From Candidatus Kaiserbacteria bacterium CG10_big_fil_rev_8_21_14_0_10_47_16 (GTDB taxonomy: Bacteria; Patescibacteriota; Minisyncoccia; Phycocordibacterales; UBA918): 55,285 bases of DNA. Under the pieces are notes generated by a model. It saw nothing but the letters and a program-made list of their open reading frames with translations, ran no database searches and was not told where the DNA came from. The DNA lies in contig PFBI01000006.1 of the NCBI GenBank assembly GCA_002773395.1, forward strand, positions 86,177 through 141,461, given 5' to 3'. This document shows, in pieces, positions 26,828 through 36,440 of this stretch (position 1 is its first letter; each line of letters begins with the position of its first letter). Both the position numbers and the translations under genes were made by a program.

Positions 26828-28543
26828 ATGACATTTCTTATTATTTCATTTATCGCGGGATTGCTCACGGTACTCGCGCCGTGCGTCCTACCACTCCTTC
26901 CAGTAGTGGTAGGTTCTGCAGCCTCTGGACGAAGTAGAAATACTCCGTATATCGTTGTCGGCTCGCTTGCTCTCTCAATTATCGCCTTCACCTACATACT
27001 GAAGGTATCGACTGCGTTCATCATGATCCCACCACAGACATGGATGTACCTCTCTGGCGGTATACTCACCATCTTTGGTCTTACACTGCTCTTTCCTGCC
27101 CTGTGGGGAAACATTCCCGGTATCGCAAAACTCTCAAGTAACTCAAACAAAGTATTGGGAGCAGGATATCAGAAGAAAAGTTTTTGGGGCGATGTGATCA
27201 TCGGAGCATCGCTCGGACCAATCTTCTCAACCTGTTCACCAACATACTTTGTGATTTTGGCTTCTGTACTTCCTGCAAGTTTCCTCCTTGGAACAATCTA
27301 CCTCCTTGCATATGTACTCGGGCTATCAATTGTCCTTCTCCTCATCGCAATGCTTGGAGAACGCTTTGCGAGCAAGCTTGGGGTACTCTCAGACCCTCAC
27401 AGCAGCTTTAAAAAGGTCTTGGGGGCACTCTTCATCATTCTCGGACTCTTGATTGTTTTTGGTATTGAAAAGAAAATTGAAACCGCAATTCTCGACAGTG
27501 GATTCTTTGATATCACAAAGATAGAACAAAGACTCCTCCAACAGAATGATCCGAACGTATCAGAATCACAAGGAACGAATGGTAACTCCTATCAGACACA
27601 ACCCTACGTTGAGATTGTAAATCCATCTGGATTTGTAAACACCGACGGCGCGCCGATCGCACTGTCTGACTACGTTGGCAAAAAGGTCATCCTCGTCGAT
27701 TTCATGACCTACTCATGTATTAACTGTCAGCGTACGTTCCCATACATGGCTGCGTGGTATGAAAAGTACAAAGATGAAGGTCTCATTATTGTTGGCATCC
27801 ACACGCCGGAATTTGCGTTTGAAAAGAACATTGATAATGTTCGCGCGGCAATGGAAAAATTCGGCATCACCTACCCTGTCGTCCTTGATAACGACTATGC
27901 GACATGGGGCGCATACGGAAACCAGTACTGGCCACGCAAATATCTCATTGATATTAACGGCACTATTGTGTACGACCACATCGGTGAGGGCGACTACGCT
28001 GAAACTGAAATGAAAATTCAAGAATTATTGAAGGAGCGAGCGAGCGTGCTCGGCATGGACAGCATGTCTGATAGGAGTCTCGCTGCAACAAATATTACTG
28101 AGGTAAAGACACAGTCAAATAGTCCCGAAACATATTTCGGAAGCCTCCGAAATGAATACCTTGGAAATGGGAAAGCCGGCCTCTCTGGTGAACAACAATT
28201 CACACAACCACAAACTCCTGGTCTTAATACTCTCTATCTTGGCGGAACGTGGAATATCCAAAGAGAATACGCATCGGGAGGAGCAGGTTCTTCGGTGCTT
28301 TACAAATACGCAGCGAAGGATGTGTACATCGTTGCAGAGTCAGACAGTGGTGCAGAAATAGAGGTCTGGCAAGACGGCAAACGTGTTGATGCCGCAGGTG
28401 GCGACGACGTCGTCAGCGGGTCAGTTACTGTCAAAGGAAGCCAGCTCTATAAACTCATTCACAATGCTCGCGCTGAGGGTCATACACTCGAGCTACGGGT
28501 GAAGAGTGGTACCGTTCGACTCTATGCGTTTACCTTTGGGTAA
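26828..28543 (+). CDS. dipZ: DipZ-like CcdA/DsbD transmembrane domain plus redoxin fusion
   Basis: APCVLP and STCSP motifs in the TM domain; TYSCINC, HTPEF.FE, NQYWP and SPETY.G motifs. Confidence 0.88.
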   Translation: MTFLIISFIAGLLTVLAPCVLPLLPVVVGSAASGRSRNTPYIVVGSLALSIIAFTYILKVSTAFIMIPPQTWMYLSGGILTIFGLTLLFPALWGNIPGIAKLSSNSNKVLGAGYQKKSFWGDVIIGASLGPIFSTCSPTYFVILASVLPASFLLGTIYLLAYVLGLSIVLLLIAMLGERFASKLGVLSDPHSSFKKVLGALFIILGLLIVFGIEKKIETAILDSGFFDITKIEQRLLQQNDPNVSESQGTNGNSYQTQPYVEIVNPSGFVNTDGAPIALSDYVGKKVILVDFMTYSCINCQRTFPYMAAWYEKYKDEGLIIVGIHTPEFAFEKNIDNVRAAMEKFGITYPVVLDNDYATWGAYGNQYWPRKYLIDINGTIVYDHIGEGDYAETEMKIQELLKERASVLGMDSMSDRSLAATNITEVKTQSNSPETYFGSLRNEYLGNGKAGLSGEQQFTQPQTPGLNTLYLGGTWNIQREYASGGAGSSVLYKYAAKDVYIVAESDSGAEIEVWQDGKRVDAAGGDDVVSGSVTVKGSQLYKLIHNARAEGHTLELRVKSGTVRLYAFTFG

Positions 28544-28556
28544 GAGTGAGATTGCA

Positions 28557-28597
28557 TAATAAAAGGCGCGAGGACTTCGTCCTCGCGCCTTTTATTA
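28557..28597. terminator. Bidirectional terminator between dipZ and pyrG
   Basis: Perfect TAATAAAAGGCGCGAGGAC-TTC-GTCCTCGCGCCTTTTATTA. Confidence 0.9.
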
Positions 28598-28601
28598 CGT
28601 G

Positions 28602-30275
28602 CTACTTACTCTCGTACGACGCTTTAATAAAGGCAGTGAAGAGTGGGTGCGGATCCAACGGCCTTGCATGAAATTCTGGATGAAATTGCACTCCAAGAAA
28701 AAATGGGTGTTTCGATGGTGGTAATTCTGCAATCTCCATCAAACGTCCGTCAGGTGAGGTTCCTGAGAAGATGAGCCCTCCACTACTAATCTCTGTGATG
28801 TAGTCTGGACTCACTTCGTATCGGTGGCGATGACGTTCAGAGATAGTCGTCGCTCCATACGCCTTCGCAGCGATACTTCCCTTCGCAAGAACCGCAGGAT
28901 ACTCACCAAGTCGCATCGTACCTCCCATATCCTTCTTTGCGAGTTTTTCTTTCTGCTCTGGCATGATATCGACAACGACATGTTTTGCCGTTGGATCAAT
29001 TTCTGCAGTACTTACCTGCTTGAGTTTTAATACATTCTGGGCAAACTCAACAACCGCAAGTTGCATACCGTAGCAAATACCGAAGTATGGGATCTTATTC
29101 TCACGAACGTATTGGATGACGTTGAGCTTCCCCTGGATACCTGTTGTACCGAATCCTCCCGGAATAAGGACCCCGTCAAATTTCTTGAGTTTCTGAAGGT
29201 TCTTTTTATTTTCAAAGTCTTGAGAGGAGAGGTAGGTAATCTCTGGCTTCAGACCAAGTTTATATGCAGAGTACTTAATCGCTTCGAGTATTGAAATATA
29301 CACATCCGAAAGCACAAAGTCTCCTGAACTGAAGTATTTCCCCACCACGGCGATCTGTACCGTATCATGAGTATCCTTTGAACGGTCAACGAAACGCTTC
29401 CACGTAGAGAGGTTTGATTTCTTGCATGGCAAGTTCAACACGCTGCAGATACGTTCTGAAAGTTTATCCCGTTCAAAATTAAGCGGCACGTCGTAGATAC
29501 TTTTCACATCAGGTGCAGAGATGACATGATCTGGCTGCACGTTACAAAATCGTGCAATCTTTTCTTTACGTTTTTTATCAACAGCAATTGGCGCGCGGGC
29601 GAGAATGAAATCAGCGAATACCCCTGCACTATTGAGTGTTCGCGAGGCATGTTGCGTTGGTTTGGTTTTCATTTCACCAAGGGAACCTGGGACTGGAAGG
29701 TATGAAACCATGACCACAGCAACACTCCCTGGCATTTCACCCTTCATCATACGGACGGCTTCAAGGAAGAGGATATTTTCGTACTCTCCAATCGTACCGC
29801 CAATTTCAGTGATAGTAACGTCTGCGTCTGCAACTTCTGCAGCGTGTTTAATACGACGAATTACTTCCAGTGGGACATCCGGAACAACCTGTACATTTTT
29901 CCCTTTATACTCAAGATTCCGCTCCTTCTGGATTACGGTCTGGTACACACTCCCTGTGGTCATGTAGTTGATATCAGGGATATCAACACCAATGAACCGC
30001 TCGTAGTTGCCCATATCTTGATCTGTCTCGAGTCCACCTTGCAGTACAAAGACTTCTCCATGCTCAGTTGGATTCATGGTACCTGCGTCTACATTGATGT
30101 ACGGATCAATCTTCAGTGCCGTTACCGTGAGTCCGCGTGCTTGGAGGATCTTTGCAATAGATGATGAGGCGACGCCTTTCCCAACGCCACTCATGACTCC
30201 ACCTACAACGAAGATGTATGAGCGCTTTTTTGATCTTGTTTTTGATGCGCTCTTTGTTGTGCCTTTTGTAGCCAT
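28602..30275 (-). CDS. pyrG: CTP synthase
   Basis: GGVMSGVGKG, KTKPTQ, GICYGMQ, ERHRHRYE and QFHPE motifs. Confidence 0.98.
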   Translation of the reverse strand: MATKGTTKSASKTRSKKRSYIFVVGGVMSGVGKGVASSSIAKILQARGLTVTALKIDPYINVDAGTMNPTEHGEVFVLQGGLETDQDMGNYERFIGVDIPDINYMTTGSVYQTVIQKERNLEYKGKNVQVVPDVPLEVIRRIKHAAEVADADVTITEIGGTIGEYENILFLEAVRMMKGEMPGSVAVVMVSYLPVPGSLGEMKTKPTQHASRTLNSAGVFADFILARAPIAVDKKRKEKIARFCNVQPDHVISAPDVKSIYDVPLNFERDKLSERICSVLNLPCKKSNLSTWKRFVDRSKDTHDTVQIAVVGKYFSSGDFVLSDVYISILEAIKYSAYKLGLKPEITYLSSQDFENKKNLQKLKKFDGVLIPGGFGTTGIQGKLNVIQYVRENKIPYFGICYGMQLAVVEFAQNVLKLKQVSTAEIDPTAKHVVVDIMPEQKEKLAKKDMGGTMRLGEYPAVLAKGSIAAKAYGATTISERHRHRYEVSPDYITEISSGGLIFSGTSPDGRLMEIAELPPSKHPFFLGVQFHPEFHARPLDPHPLFTAFIKASYESK

Positions 30276-30280
30276 AACTG

Positions 30281-31207
30281 CTAGACCCGGAGGTACCGTG
30301 TAATTGCTAAGATACTCGCCAGTGCGCCGAGAACAATTCCTGAACCGACGATCACAAAGAAGAGATAGCCGAAGTGACCAATGTAATAACTAAAGATGTT
30401 GAACTGGAAGAATCCTTCCGTTGCAGGACCAAGCCACAGTACAATCGGATACAAGACAAGGAGCGTGAGTACTCCCGCAATGATTCCGTACACGATGCCT
30501 TGGAGAATAAACGGTCCGCGGATAAACATGTTACTCGCTCCAACGAGTCGCATAACAGAGATTTCTTCACGACTGGTGAAGATAGCAAGGCGTACAGTAT
30601 TGAGCGTAATAAGGACAGTCGCAATAACGAGAATAATCATTGCAATGTAACTTCCCCGCTCAACCGCGCCGATAATAGCAGTGAGTTTCTCAATCGCTTC
30701 TTTATTTTGGAAATAGTTCACTCGATCGATGAGTGGGTTTGCAGGATCTTCATTGATTTGCTGGTCAGAAATGAAGTTTGCAATACCTTCGTACTGTGAT
30801 GTTTCAGCAGCACGGATTGCGAGTGATGCTCCGAGCGGATTGTCGCCAAGTTCATCGAGAGCTTGGATCGTCAACTCGTCATCCTTGTGACGCTCTTGGA
30901 AGGCAGTAAGTGCTTCTTCACGAGAGGTATAGGTTACTTCACGGACATCCGGAAGCGCTTCGAGTGAGGTTTGAAGCTTCACAATGTCTTCTTCCTGAGC
31001 GCTTGGCACCATGTAGACATTGATGTCCACCTTATCGCGGATTTCTACGAGTGATGCATTGAGCAGCTGCCCTACAAGGAGGACGGACCCCACCACAAAG
31101 AGTGTGACAGTCATTACGAAGACTGCAGCAAGAGAGACGTACGCGTTACGCCAAAAACCGATAAATCCGGCATGCACCATACGTTTGAATCCAGTCCACA
31201 TTGACAT
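30281..31207 (-). CDS. ftsX: Cell division ABC permease FtsX
   Basis: NPL loop and REEISVMRLVGAS..FIRGPF; follows ftsE. Confidence 0.92.
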   Translation of the reverse strand: MSMWTGFKRMVHAGFIGFWRNAYVSLAAVFVMTVTLFVVGSVLLVGQLLNASLVEIRDKVDINVYMVPSAQEEDIVKLQTSLEALPDVREVTYTSREEALTAFQERHKDDELTIQALDELGDNPLGASLAIRAAETSQYEGIANFISDQQINEDPANPLIDRVNYFQNKEAIEKLTAIIGAVERGSYIAMIILVIATVLITLNTVRLAIFTSREEISVMRLVGASNMFIRGPFILQGIVYGIIAGVLTLLVLYPIVLWLGPATEGFFQFNIFSYYIGHFGYLFFVIVGSGIVLGALASILAITRYLRV

Positions 31208-31229
31208 AGTATTTCCTAATTACAACTTA

Positions 31230-31913
31230 TTATAAGACGTACTTCCCTTCGGAGTCATCGCGGATAATTTTCCCTTCGTCCATCGTAATCACCCGTCGTC
31301 CCAATGCATCAATCACGCCCTTGTTGTGCGTTGTCATGATGACGGTCGTACCGAGATCATTAATCTTCTTTAGAATTTGCACGACTTCGTACGTTGCAAT
31401 TGGATCAAGGTTGCCCGTCGGTTCGTCGGCAATAATAATGTCAGGCTGATTTACAATCGCACGAGCAATTGCGACACGCTGTTTCTCCCCTCCTGAAAGT
31501 TCGTGTGGAAACTGTAGTATTTTTGCAGAGAGATCAACGAGTGCGAGTGCTTGTGGTACGTTCTCTGCAATTTCTTCATCGGTGCGACCGTTTGCCTCCA
31601 TCGCAAACGCGACATTCTCCCACGCTGTTTTATGGGGAAGTAATTTAAAGTCTTGAAAGACCGTTCCTATCTTGCGACGAAAGTTTGGAAGTTGTCCGCG
31701 TGGAATACTGTGAACGTTGAGTGACTCAAAAAAGACCGTCCCGTCTGTTGGAAAATCTTCTGCAATGAGCATTTTAAGGAGCGTTGTTTTCCCTGCACCC
31801 GAGTGTCCAACAATCGATACGAATTCTTGCGGTGCGACCTGGAAGGTCACATTTTGGAGTGCTATGGAATCGCCACCGTTGTATATCTTGGAAACGTTGT
31901 CGAAATAAATCAT
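31230..31913 (-). CDS. ftsE: Cell division ATP-binding protein FtsE
   Basis: GHSGAGKT, VFQDFKLL, LSGGEKQRV and ADEPTGNLD motifs. Confidence 0.93.
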   Translation of the reverse strand: MIYFDNVSKIYNGGDSIALQNVTFQVAPQEFVSIVGHSGAGKTTLLKMLIAEDFPTDGTVFFESLNVHSIPRGQLPNFRRKIGTVFQDFKLLPHKTAWENVAFAMEANGRTDEEIAENVPQALALVDLSAKILQFPHELSGGEKQRVAIARAIVNQPDIIIADEPTGNLDPIATYEVVQILKKINDLGTTVIMTTHNKGVIDALGRRVITMDEGKIIRDDSEGKYVL

Positions 31914-32037
31914 ACGATAATACGACCATTGTACTGCATATTTTTTCTAAGAGCTAGCATCGGCACTGCATAGAGGTTTATTACACAACAGGCCTGAAAT
32001 CCCAAAGTGATTTCAGGCCTGTTGGCCCCTCATATTC

Positions 32038-32910
32038 CTACTTTTCGGCGTCTATAAACACCTGGATATCCCCATCGAGTACGGTATCAATGTTCCGAAC
32101 CTCTGTATTTGTCCGATGATCCTTCACCATCTGATACGGGTGGAGGACGTATGACCGGATCTGACTACCCCATTCAATCTTTACGGTCTTCTCTACCGCA
32201 AGTCCTGCGAGTTCACGCTTCCGCTGCGCCTCGGTGAATGCAAATACTTTTCCTGCAAGGAGCGCCATCGCTTTATCGCGATTTTGCTGCTGACTGCGTT
32301 CAGACGATACGTGCACAGAAATGTGCGTCGGTGTATGTGTAATGCGAACGGCAGTCTCACGCTTGTTTACATTCTGCCCACCTGCACCTCCCGAGCGTGC
32401 AAAGGATATCTCAAGATCATCTTCATTCAGTGGCGCTTCGGTAAGGTTATCAAATTTTGGTGAAACTTCAACAAGGACAAAGGAAGTCTGTCGTTTTCCG
32501 TTTGCATTAAAGGGTGAAATACGTACGAGCCGATGAATCCCTGATTCGTTTTTTAGTTCGCCGTACGCTTCTTTCCCTACAATTTCAAATACAACATTGC
32601 GGTAGCCGTTATGGTCGTTGGGATTCTCATCGAGAATGAGTGCACTCCATCCGTGCTTCTCAGCATACTTCTGATACATCTCTGAGAGCATGCGTGCAAA
32701 GTCCTCCGCGTCGTCACCCCCTGCTCCAGCAACAATAGTAATCACTGCATTATTGCGGTCGTACTTTTCTTTCCCATCAGCTTCATCTTTTAGTTCCTGC
32801 AATTCTTTAATGAGCGTTTGCGCCTCTGTAGGATTATTCCAAAAATCCGGCAAATTCATTGCCGCTTCAATCTCTTCAATACGCATCTGGGTATGTTCTG
32901 TATCCTTCAT
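32038..32910 (-). CDS. prfB: Peptide chain release factor 2 (short form)
   Basis: GIHRLVRISPF (SPF), GGQNVNK and WGSQIRSYVLHPY motifs; 290 aa. Confidence 0.92.
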   Translation of the reverse strand: MKDTEHTQMRIEEIEAAMNLPDFWNNPTEAQTLIKELQELKDEADGKEKYDRNNAVITIVAGAGGDDAEDFARMLSEMYQKYAEKHGWSALILDENPNDHNGYRNVVFEIVGKEAYGELKNESGIHRLVRISPFNANGKRQTSFVLVEVSPKFDNLTEAPLNEDDLEISFARSGGAGGQNVNKRETAVRITHTPTHISVHVSSERSQQQNRDKAMALLAGKVFAFTEAQRKRELAGLAVEKTVKIEWGSQIRSYVLHPYQMVKDHRTNTEVRNIDTVLDGDIQVFIDAEK

Positions 32911-33058
32911 TTTGTTTCAGTATAGCAAAAGAAAAAGCCGCCAGGAGGCTTCGCGAGAAACTTGAACGAATACAAGATTCTCCTCCTGGCGGCCACCCGA
33001 CAGACCTGAAAGGAATACCGAGCTACCGAAATATACGCTTATCTATTAAAAAATCAAC

Positions 33059-33134
33059 TGGAGCCATCTCGCAGGATCGAACTGCGGACCTTTGCGTTAC
33101 GAATGCAATGCTCTGCCAACTGAGCTAAGATGGC
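33059..33134 (-). tRNA. tRNA-Thr(CGT)
   Basis: GCCATCT/AGATGGC acceptor, TTCGTAA anticodon loop, encoded CCA. Confidence 0.92.
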
Positions 33135-33218
33135 TTGGGGAAGCACCGTCATAGTAATATAGCTAGGCTTTGTTTTCAATCATTTTTTTGCTACTCTTGT
33201 ACCACCACTGAAAAAGTC

Positions 33219-33291
33219 GCCATTGTAGCTCAGTCGGTAGAGCGCGTCCATGGTAAGGACGAGGTCCCCAGTTCAATCCTGGGCAATGGCT
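33219..33291 (+). tRNA. tRNA-Thr(GGT)
   Basis: GCCATTG/CAATGGC acceptor; CGTCC-ATGGTAA-GGACG anticodon arm. Confidence 0.92.
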
Positions 33292-33331
33292 CACGTACAA
33301 AAAATCCCCTGAAGGGGATTCTTTGTACGTG
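33292..33331. terminator. Hairpin between tRNA-Thr and the convergent pilin cluster
   Basis: CACGTACAAA.AATCCCC-TGAA-GGGGATT.TTTGTACGTG. Confidence 0.75.
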
Positions 33332-33335
33332 AACC

Positions 33336-33890
33336 CTAATACACCAGAAAGAGTGCGCGTTCGATCACACTACTGCCTGAGAGCGCATTACACGCAGCGT
33401 TGTATCCCCGCGCCTGTACCACGGTACATTCAACATTCGAGGGACAGTCGTACGCTGTTACACCGACCGAATCCATATCAACCGCCCCTGACGTGCTGTA
33501 AAACTTGTACACGCTCGCAATAGAGCATGTGGTATTGGTATTCCATGTCCACTGAAATCGCTGTTCTGTACCACTCCGTGCTGCGCCATTACTATTGGTT
33601 GCTGTACTTCCAAAACACGTTACCTGCGCTGTAGATCCTTGTGTACTCCCATCACCTGGTACATCGAATGTTCCGCCGTGGGCGGTTGATACATCATAAA
33701 AACGAATACACTCTGCAGCAGCAGACGCTGCTTCGAAAGAAACCTCAGATTGCCGAGAGAATCCTGCGAGCTCAAGCTGAGTCGTTGATACTCCTAAAAT
33801 AGCGAGTGCAATGATTACCGTAAGCGACGAAACAATCACTGCGATAAAAAGTGTAAATCCTCTCTGCGGTTGTGTGTGTACATTATTCAT
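33336..33890 (-). CDS. Minor pilin, PilX-like
   Basis: RGFTLFIAV leader lacking E5; last gene of the pilin cluster. Confidence 0.75.
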   Translation of the reverse strand: MNNVHTQPQRGFTLFIAVIVSSLTVIIALAILGVSTTQLELAGFSRQSEVSFEAASAAAECIRFYDVSTAHGGTFDVPGDGSTQGSTAQVTCFGSTATNSNGAARSGTEQRFQWTWNTNTTCSIASVYKFYSTSGAVDMDSVGVTAYDCPSNVECTVVQARGYNAACNALSGSSVIERALFLVY

Positions 33891-34422
33891 ACTGATTATA
33901 GATACGTGTGGTTACCGCTACACTGACGACGCCAGACACGACTCCTGCAGTCCATGACACCGTTGACGTAACATTGTACTCACCAGTCGGCGACTCCGTG
34001 ACAACTGTTTTTCGGTTATAGACGGCAGTCGTCCCATTACTCGTATGCGTATAGTACGAAGATCCGCTCGTACTCGCATAAAGATCACAACTCGTCGTTG
34101 GTGAACAGGATACAAAACTACCTGTTGAGACATTGTAGCTACAGCCCGTGCTCGTCTTACACGTCGCAGGAAGACTGCTATACCACGATGTCGTCGAGCC
34201 GCCATCAAGCGCATCGTTGTCTCGGAGGCGAACGATCGCTTCGGTACTTTCTTCAGCAAGAAATACCGCGGTCATCTCTTGTCGAGAGAAAGCGGAACTC
34301 AAAATACTTTGTGATGCAATACGAAGCGGCACGATAATCACGAGTAAGAGAATGCTGATTGCCACCAGTGTTTCAACAAGTGAGAACCCGAGACTATGCT
34401 GTTGTGATATACGTGTTTTCAT
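33883..34422 (-). CDS. Type IV pilin-like protein (PilV-like)
   Basis: GFSLVETLVAI N-methylation motif. Confidence 0.85.
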   Translation of the reverse strand: MKTRISQQHSLGFSLVETLVAISILLLVIIVPLRIASQSILSSAFSRQEMTAVFLAEESTEAIVRLRDNDALDGGSTTSWYSSLPATCKTSTGCSYNVSTGSFVSCSPTTSCDLYASTSGSSYYTHTSNGTTAVYNRKTVVTESPTGEYNVTSTVSWTAGVVSGVVSVAVTTRIYNQYE

Positions 34423-34423
34423 A

Positions 34424-34993
34424 CTACACATCAAGTAAGCGACTGGTAACGAGTGTCTGAACATAGAACGGAGCAATCTCATTTCCTTGCGTTGACAGTG
34501 CATTTACAAGAATACGAGCCGTCGGCTGCAGTGTATCTGCAGCACTGGAACCGGTTACATAAAATGAGAGTGCCTGCACAGTGATCTCGCTTGAAGTAAT
34601 GCGGACCCAGGAGCCTGAGTTGAGTTTTTGCTCAATTGATTTTGCGGTGCTGTTGTACCGAAACCCCGTACGGTCCCCCGTTCGTGAGTTGGTAAAGACA
34701 AACGCTGCGCCGCCACTTGAGCAATCGGCAGTTGTACTCGGAAGCGCTCCTGAATCTGGGAGTGACGCTGCACAATAGTACGAATATCCGGTACGGATAT
34801 TGCGCGACATACTATCGAGCGCAAGAGAAAGGTTGGTCGATACCGAAAGTGATGACTCTGTTGCTGCGCCACTGTACACGAGAGTCATCAGGCCACCGAC
34901 AGAAATCACCATCACAATCATAAACAGACTGACAGCAACCATCATTTCGACGAGAGAGAATCCGCTTTTTTGTTGTTGCTGAAATAATTGCAT
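34424..34993 (-). CDS. Type IV pilin-like protein (PilW-like)
   Basis: GFSLVEMMVAV motif. Confidence 0.85.
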   Translation of the reverse strand: MQLFQQQQKSGFSLVEMMVAVSLFMIVMVISVGGLMTLVYSGAATESSLSVSTNLSLALDSMSRNIRTGYSYYCAASLPDSGALPSTTADCSSGGAAFVFTNSRTGDRTGFRYNSTAKSIEQKLNSGSWVRITSSEITVQALSFYVTGSSAADTLQPTARILVNALSTQGNEIAPFYVQTLVTSRLLDV

Positions 34994-34995
34994 AG

Positions 34996-35628
34996 CTATT
35001 GCAGTACGACTGAAATTTGACCGGTGTACCCAATCTCAATTCGGCCGGTCACCGTTGTGTCACGTTGTGATTGTAACTTAATCACCCCCGTTGAAATCGC
35101 TGCGTTCTGCACTTCCGTATATGTTGGCACATAAAAGAGTGCGGAGAATTCTGGTCGTACAAATGAAATATCCAAACGACTCACATTGCAGTCTTCAACA
35201 CTGTTCGCAATAACGCACACATCAGAAATGATGTAGTTGCGACCGAGTGCGAAGGTTTCAAGCGCTGTTGCAGTTCCGTCGTATTTTGGGCGTGCGCTAC
35301 TCCCTCCGTATGCAAAGAGTGGATACGATGTTGCGTCCGGAGTAAATGAAACCCCATACGGTGTTTGGAAATCACCAGAGTTCCCAAGCACACTGAGTGA
35401 ATACGTCTGCGCTTTTCGAACAGTGAGCGCTACATCATGCCCAAGTGTTCGAAGAAGGATCAAGCTATCAAAAGAGGTGAAGCGTACAACCACCGTACCG
35501 AGAATGAGTACCATAATGGCGATCGAGACTAAAAGCTCGACAAGAGAAAATCCCCGCGAAGAGTCTGCGACAGTGCGCAGTGTTCTCTTAGAAGACAAAG
35601 AGGTTGATGAGTGTGTAAATATCTGCAT
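34996..35628 (-). CDS. Type IV pilin-like protein (FimT-like)
   Basis: RGFSLVELLVSI motif; start uncertain and overlaps the pilD end. Confidence 0.8.
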   Translation of the reverse strand: MQIFTHSSTSLSSKRTLRTVADSSRGFSLVELLVSIAIMVLILGTVVVRFTSFDSLILLRTLGHDVALTVRKAQTYSLSVLGNSGDFQTPYGVSFTPDATSYPLFAYGGSSARPKYDGTATALETFALGRNYIISDVCVIANSVEDCNVSRLDISFVRPEFSALFYVPTYTEVQNAAISTGVIKLQSQRDTTVTGRIEIGYTGQISVVLQ

Positions 35629-36409
35629 GAAATAAGACAACATACCAAAACGCCAGAATGAGAAATGGCGCAAACGGAATCTCACTCTTCATTTTAAGCG
35701 GAGTTCGCAAAAAAGGTAACTGTGTTTTCCCCGTTCCGGCCACTTTCTGAAATGCCAGTATCACAAGACTGACAATCGCACCGACCCAAAACGCACCAAT
35801 GATCATAGCTGGAGCGCCGAGTGGGCCTACGATAATGCCGAGTGGGATTGCGAGTTTTGCATCCCCGAGCCCCATAGCGCGACCTTTGGAGAAGAACCAA
35901 AACGCGAAGAAAAATATTCCCGCGCCAAGTCCTGCACCGATGTGCTCAAGCGCAACCATGTATCCCCCACCTGTACTCCACGTTATGTAGCTAAGGATAA
36001 CGAGTGCAACGATTCCGAGCGCAACGACGAGTGAATCGGGAATAATCATGTGTCGAAGGTCGTGCACAAAGATCACCACGAGGATCGCGCTACTTATTGC
36101 ATAGAGCGCAAAGAGCGGGAGTACGTGTGAAAACGACATCCAAAATAATACAAACAAGATTCCCATCCCCACTTCCACAAATATATATCGAGCTGGGACG
36201 GAGGCATGACAATGTCTACAGTGCCCACGGAGGCCAAGGTACGACACAACCGGGATAAGCTCGTACCACGAAAGCGTGTGACCGCAGGAAAGACAGTGTG
36301 ATCTTCCTTCAAGGGATTTCCCTGTGTTGAATCGGTAGATGACAACGTTAAGAAACGACCCGATAATCGCACCGAATACAAATACCATAAGGTACCAAAA
36401 CCATTCCAT
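35588..36409 (-). CDS. pilD: Prepilin peptidase A24
   Basis: GSFLNVVIYR, two CxxC pairs, MGLGDAKL and IPFAPF motifs. Confidence 0.94.
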   Translation of the reverse strand: MEWFWYLMVFVFGAIIGSFLNVVIYRFNTGKSLEGRSHCLSCGHTLSWYELIPVVSYLGLRGHCRHCHASVPARYIFVEVGMGILFVLFWMSFSHVLPLFALYAISSAILVVIFVHDLRHMIIPDSLVVALGIVALVILSYITWSTGGGYMVALEHIGAGLGAGIFFFAFWFFSKGRAMGLGDAKLAIPLGIIVGPLGAPAMIIGAFWVGAIVSLVILAFQKVAGTGKTQLPFLRTPLKMKSEIPFAPFLILAFWYVVLFHADIYTLINLFVF

Positions 36410-36440
36410 AGAAATAGTATACCAGAGCCGCCTGCCCTAC

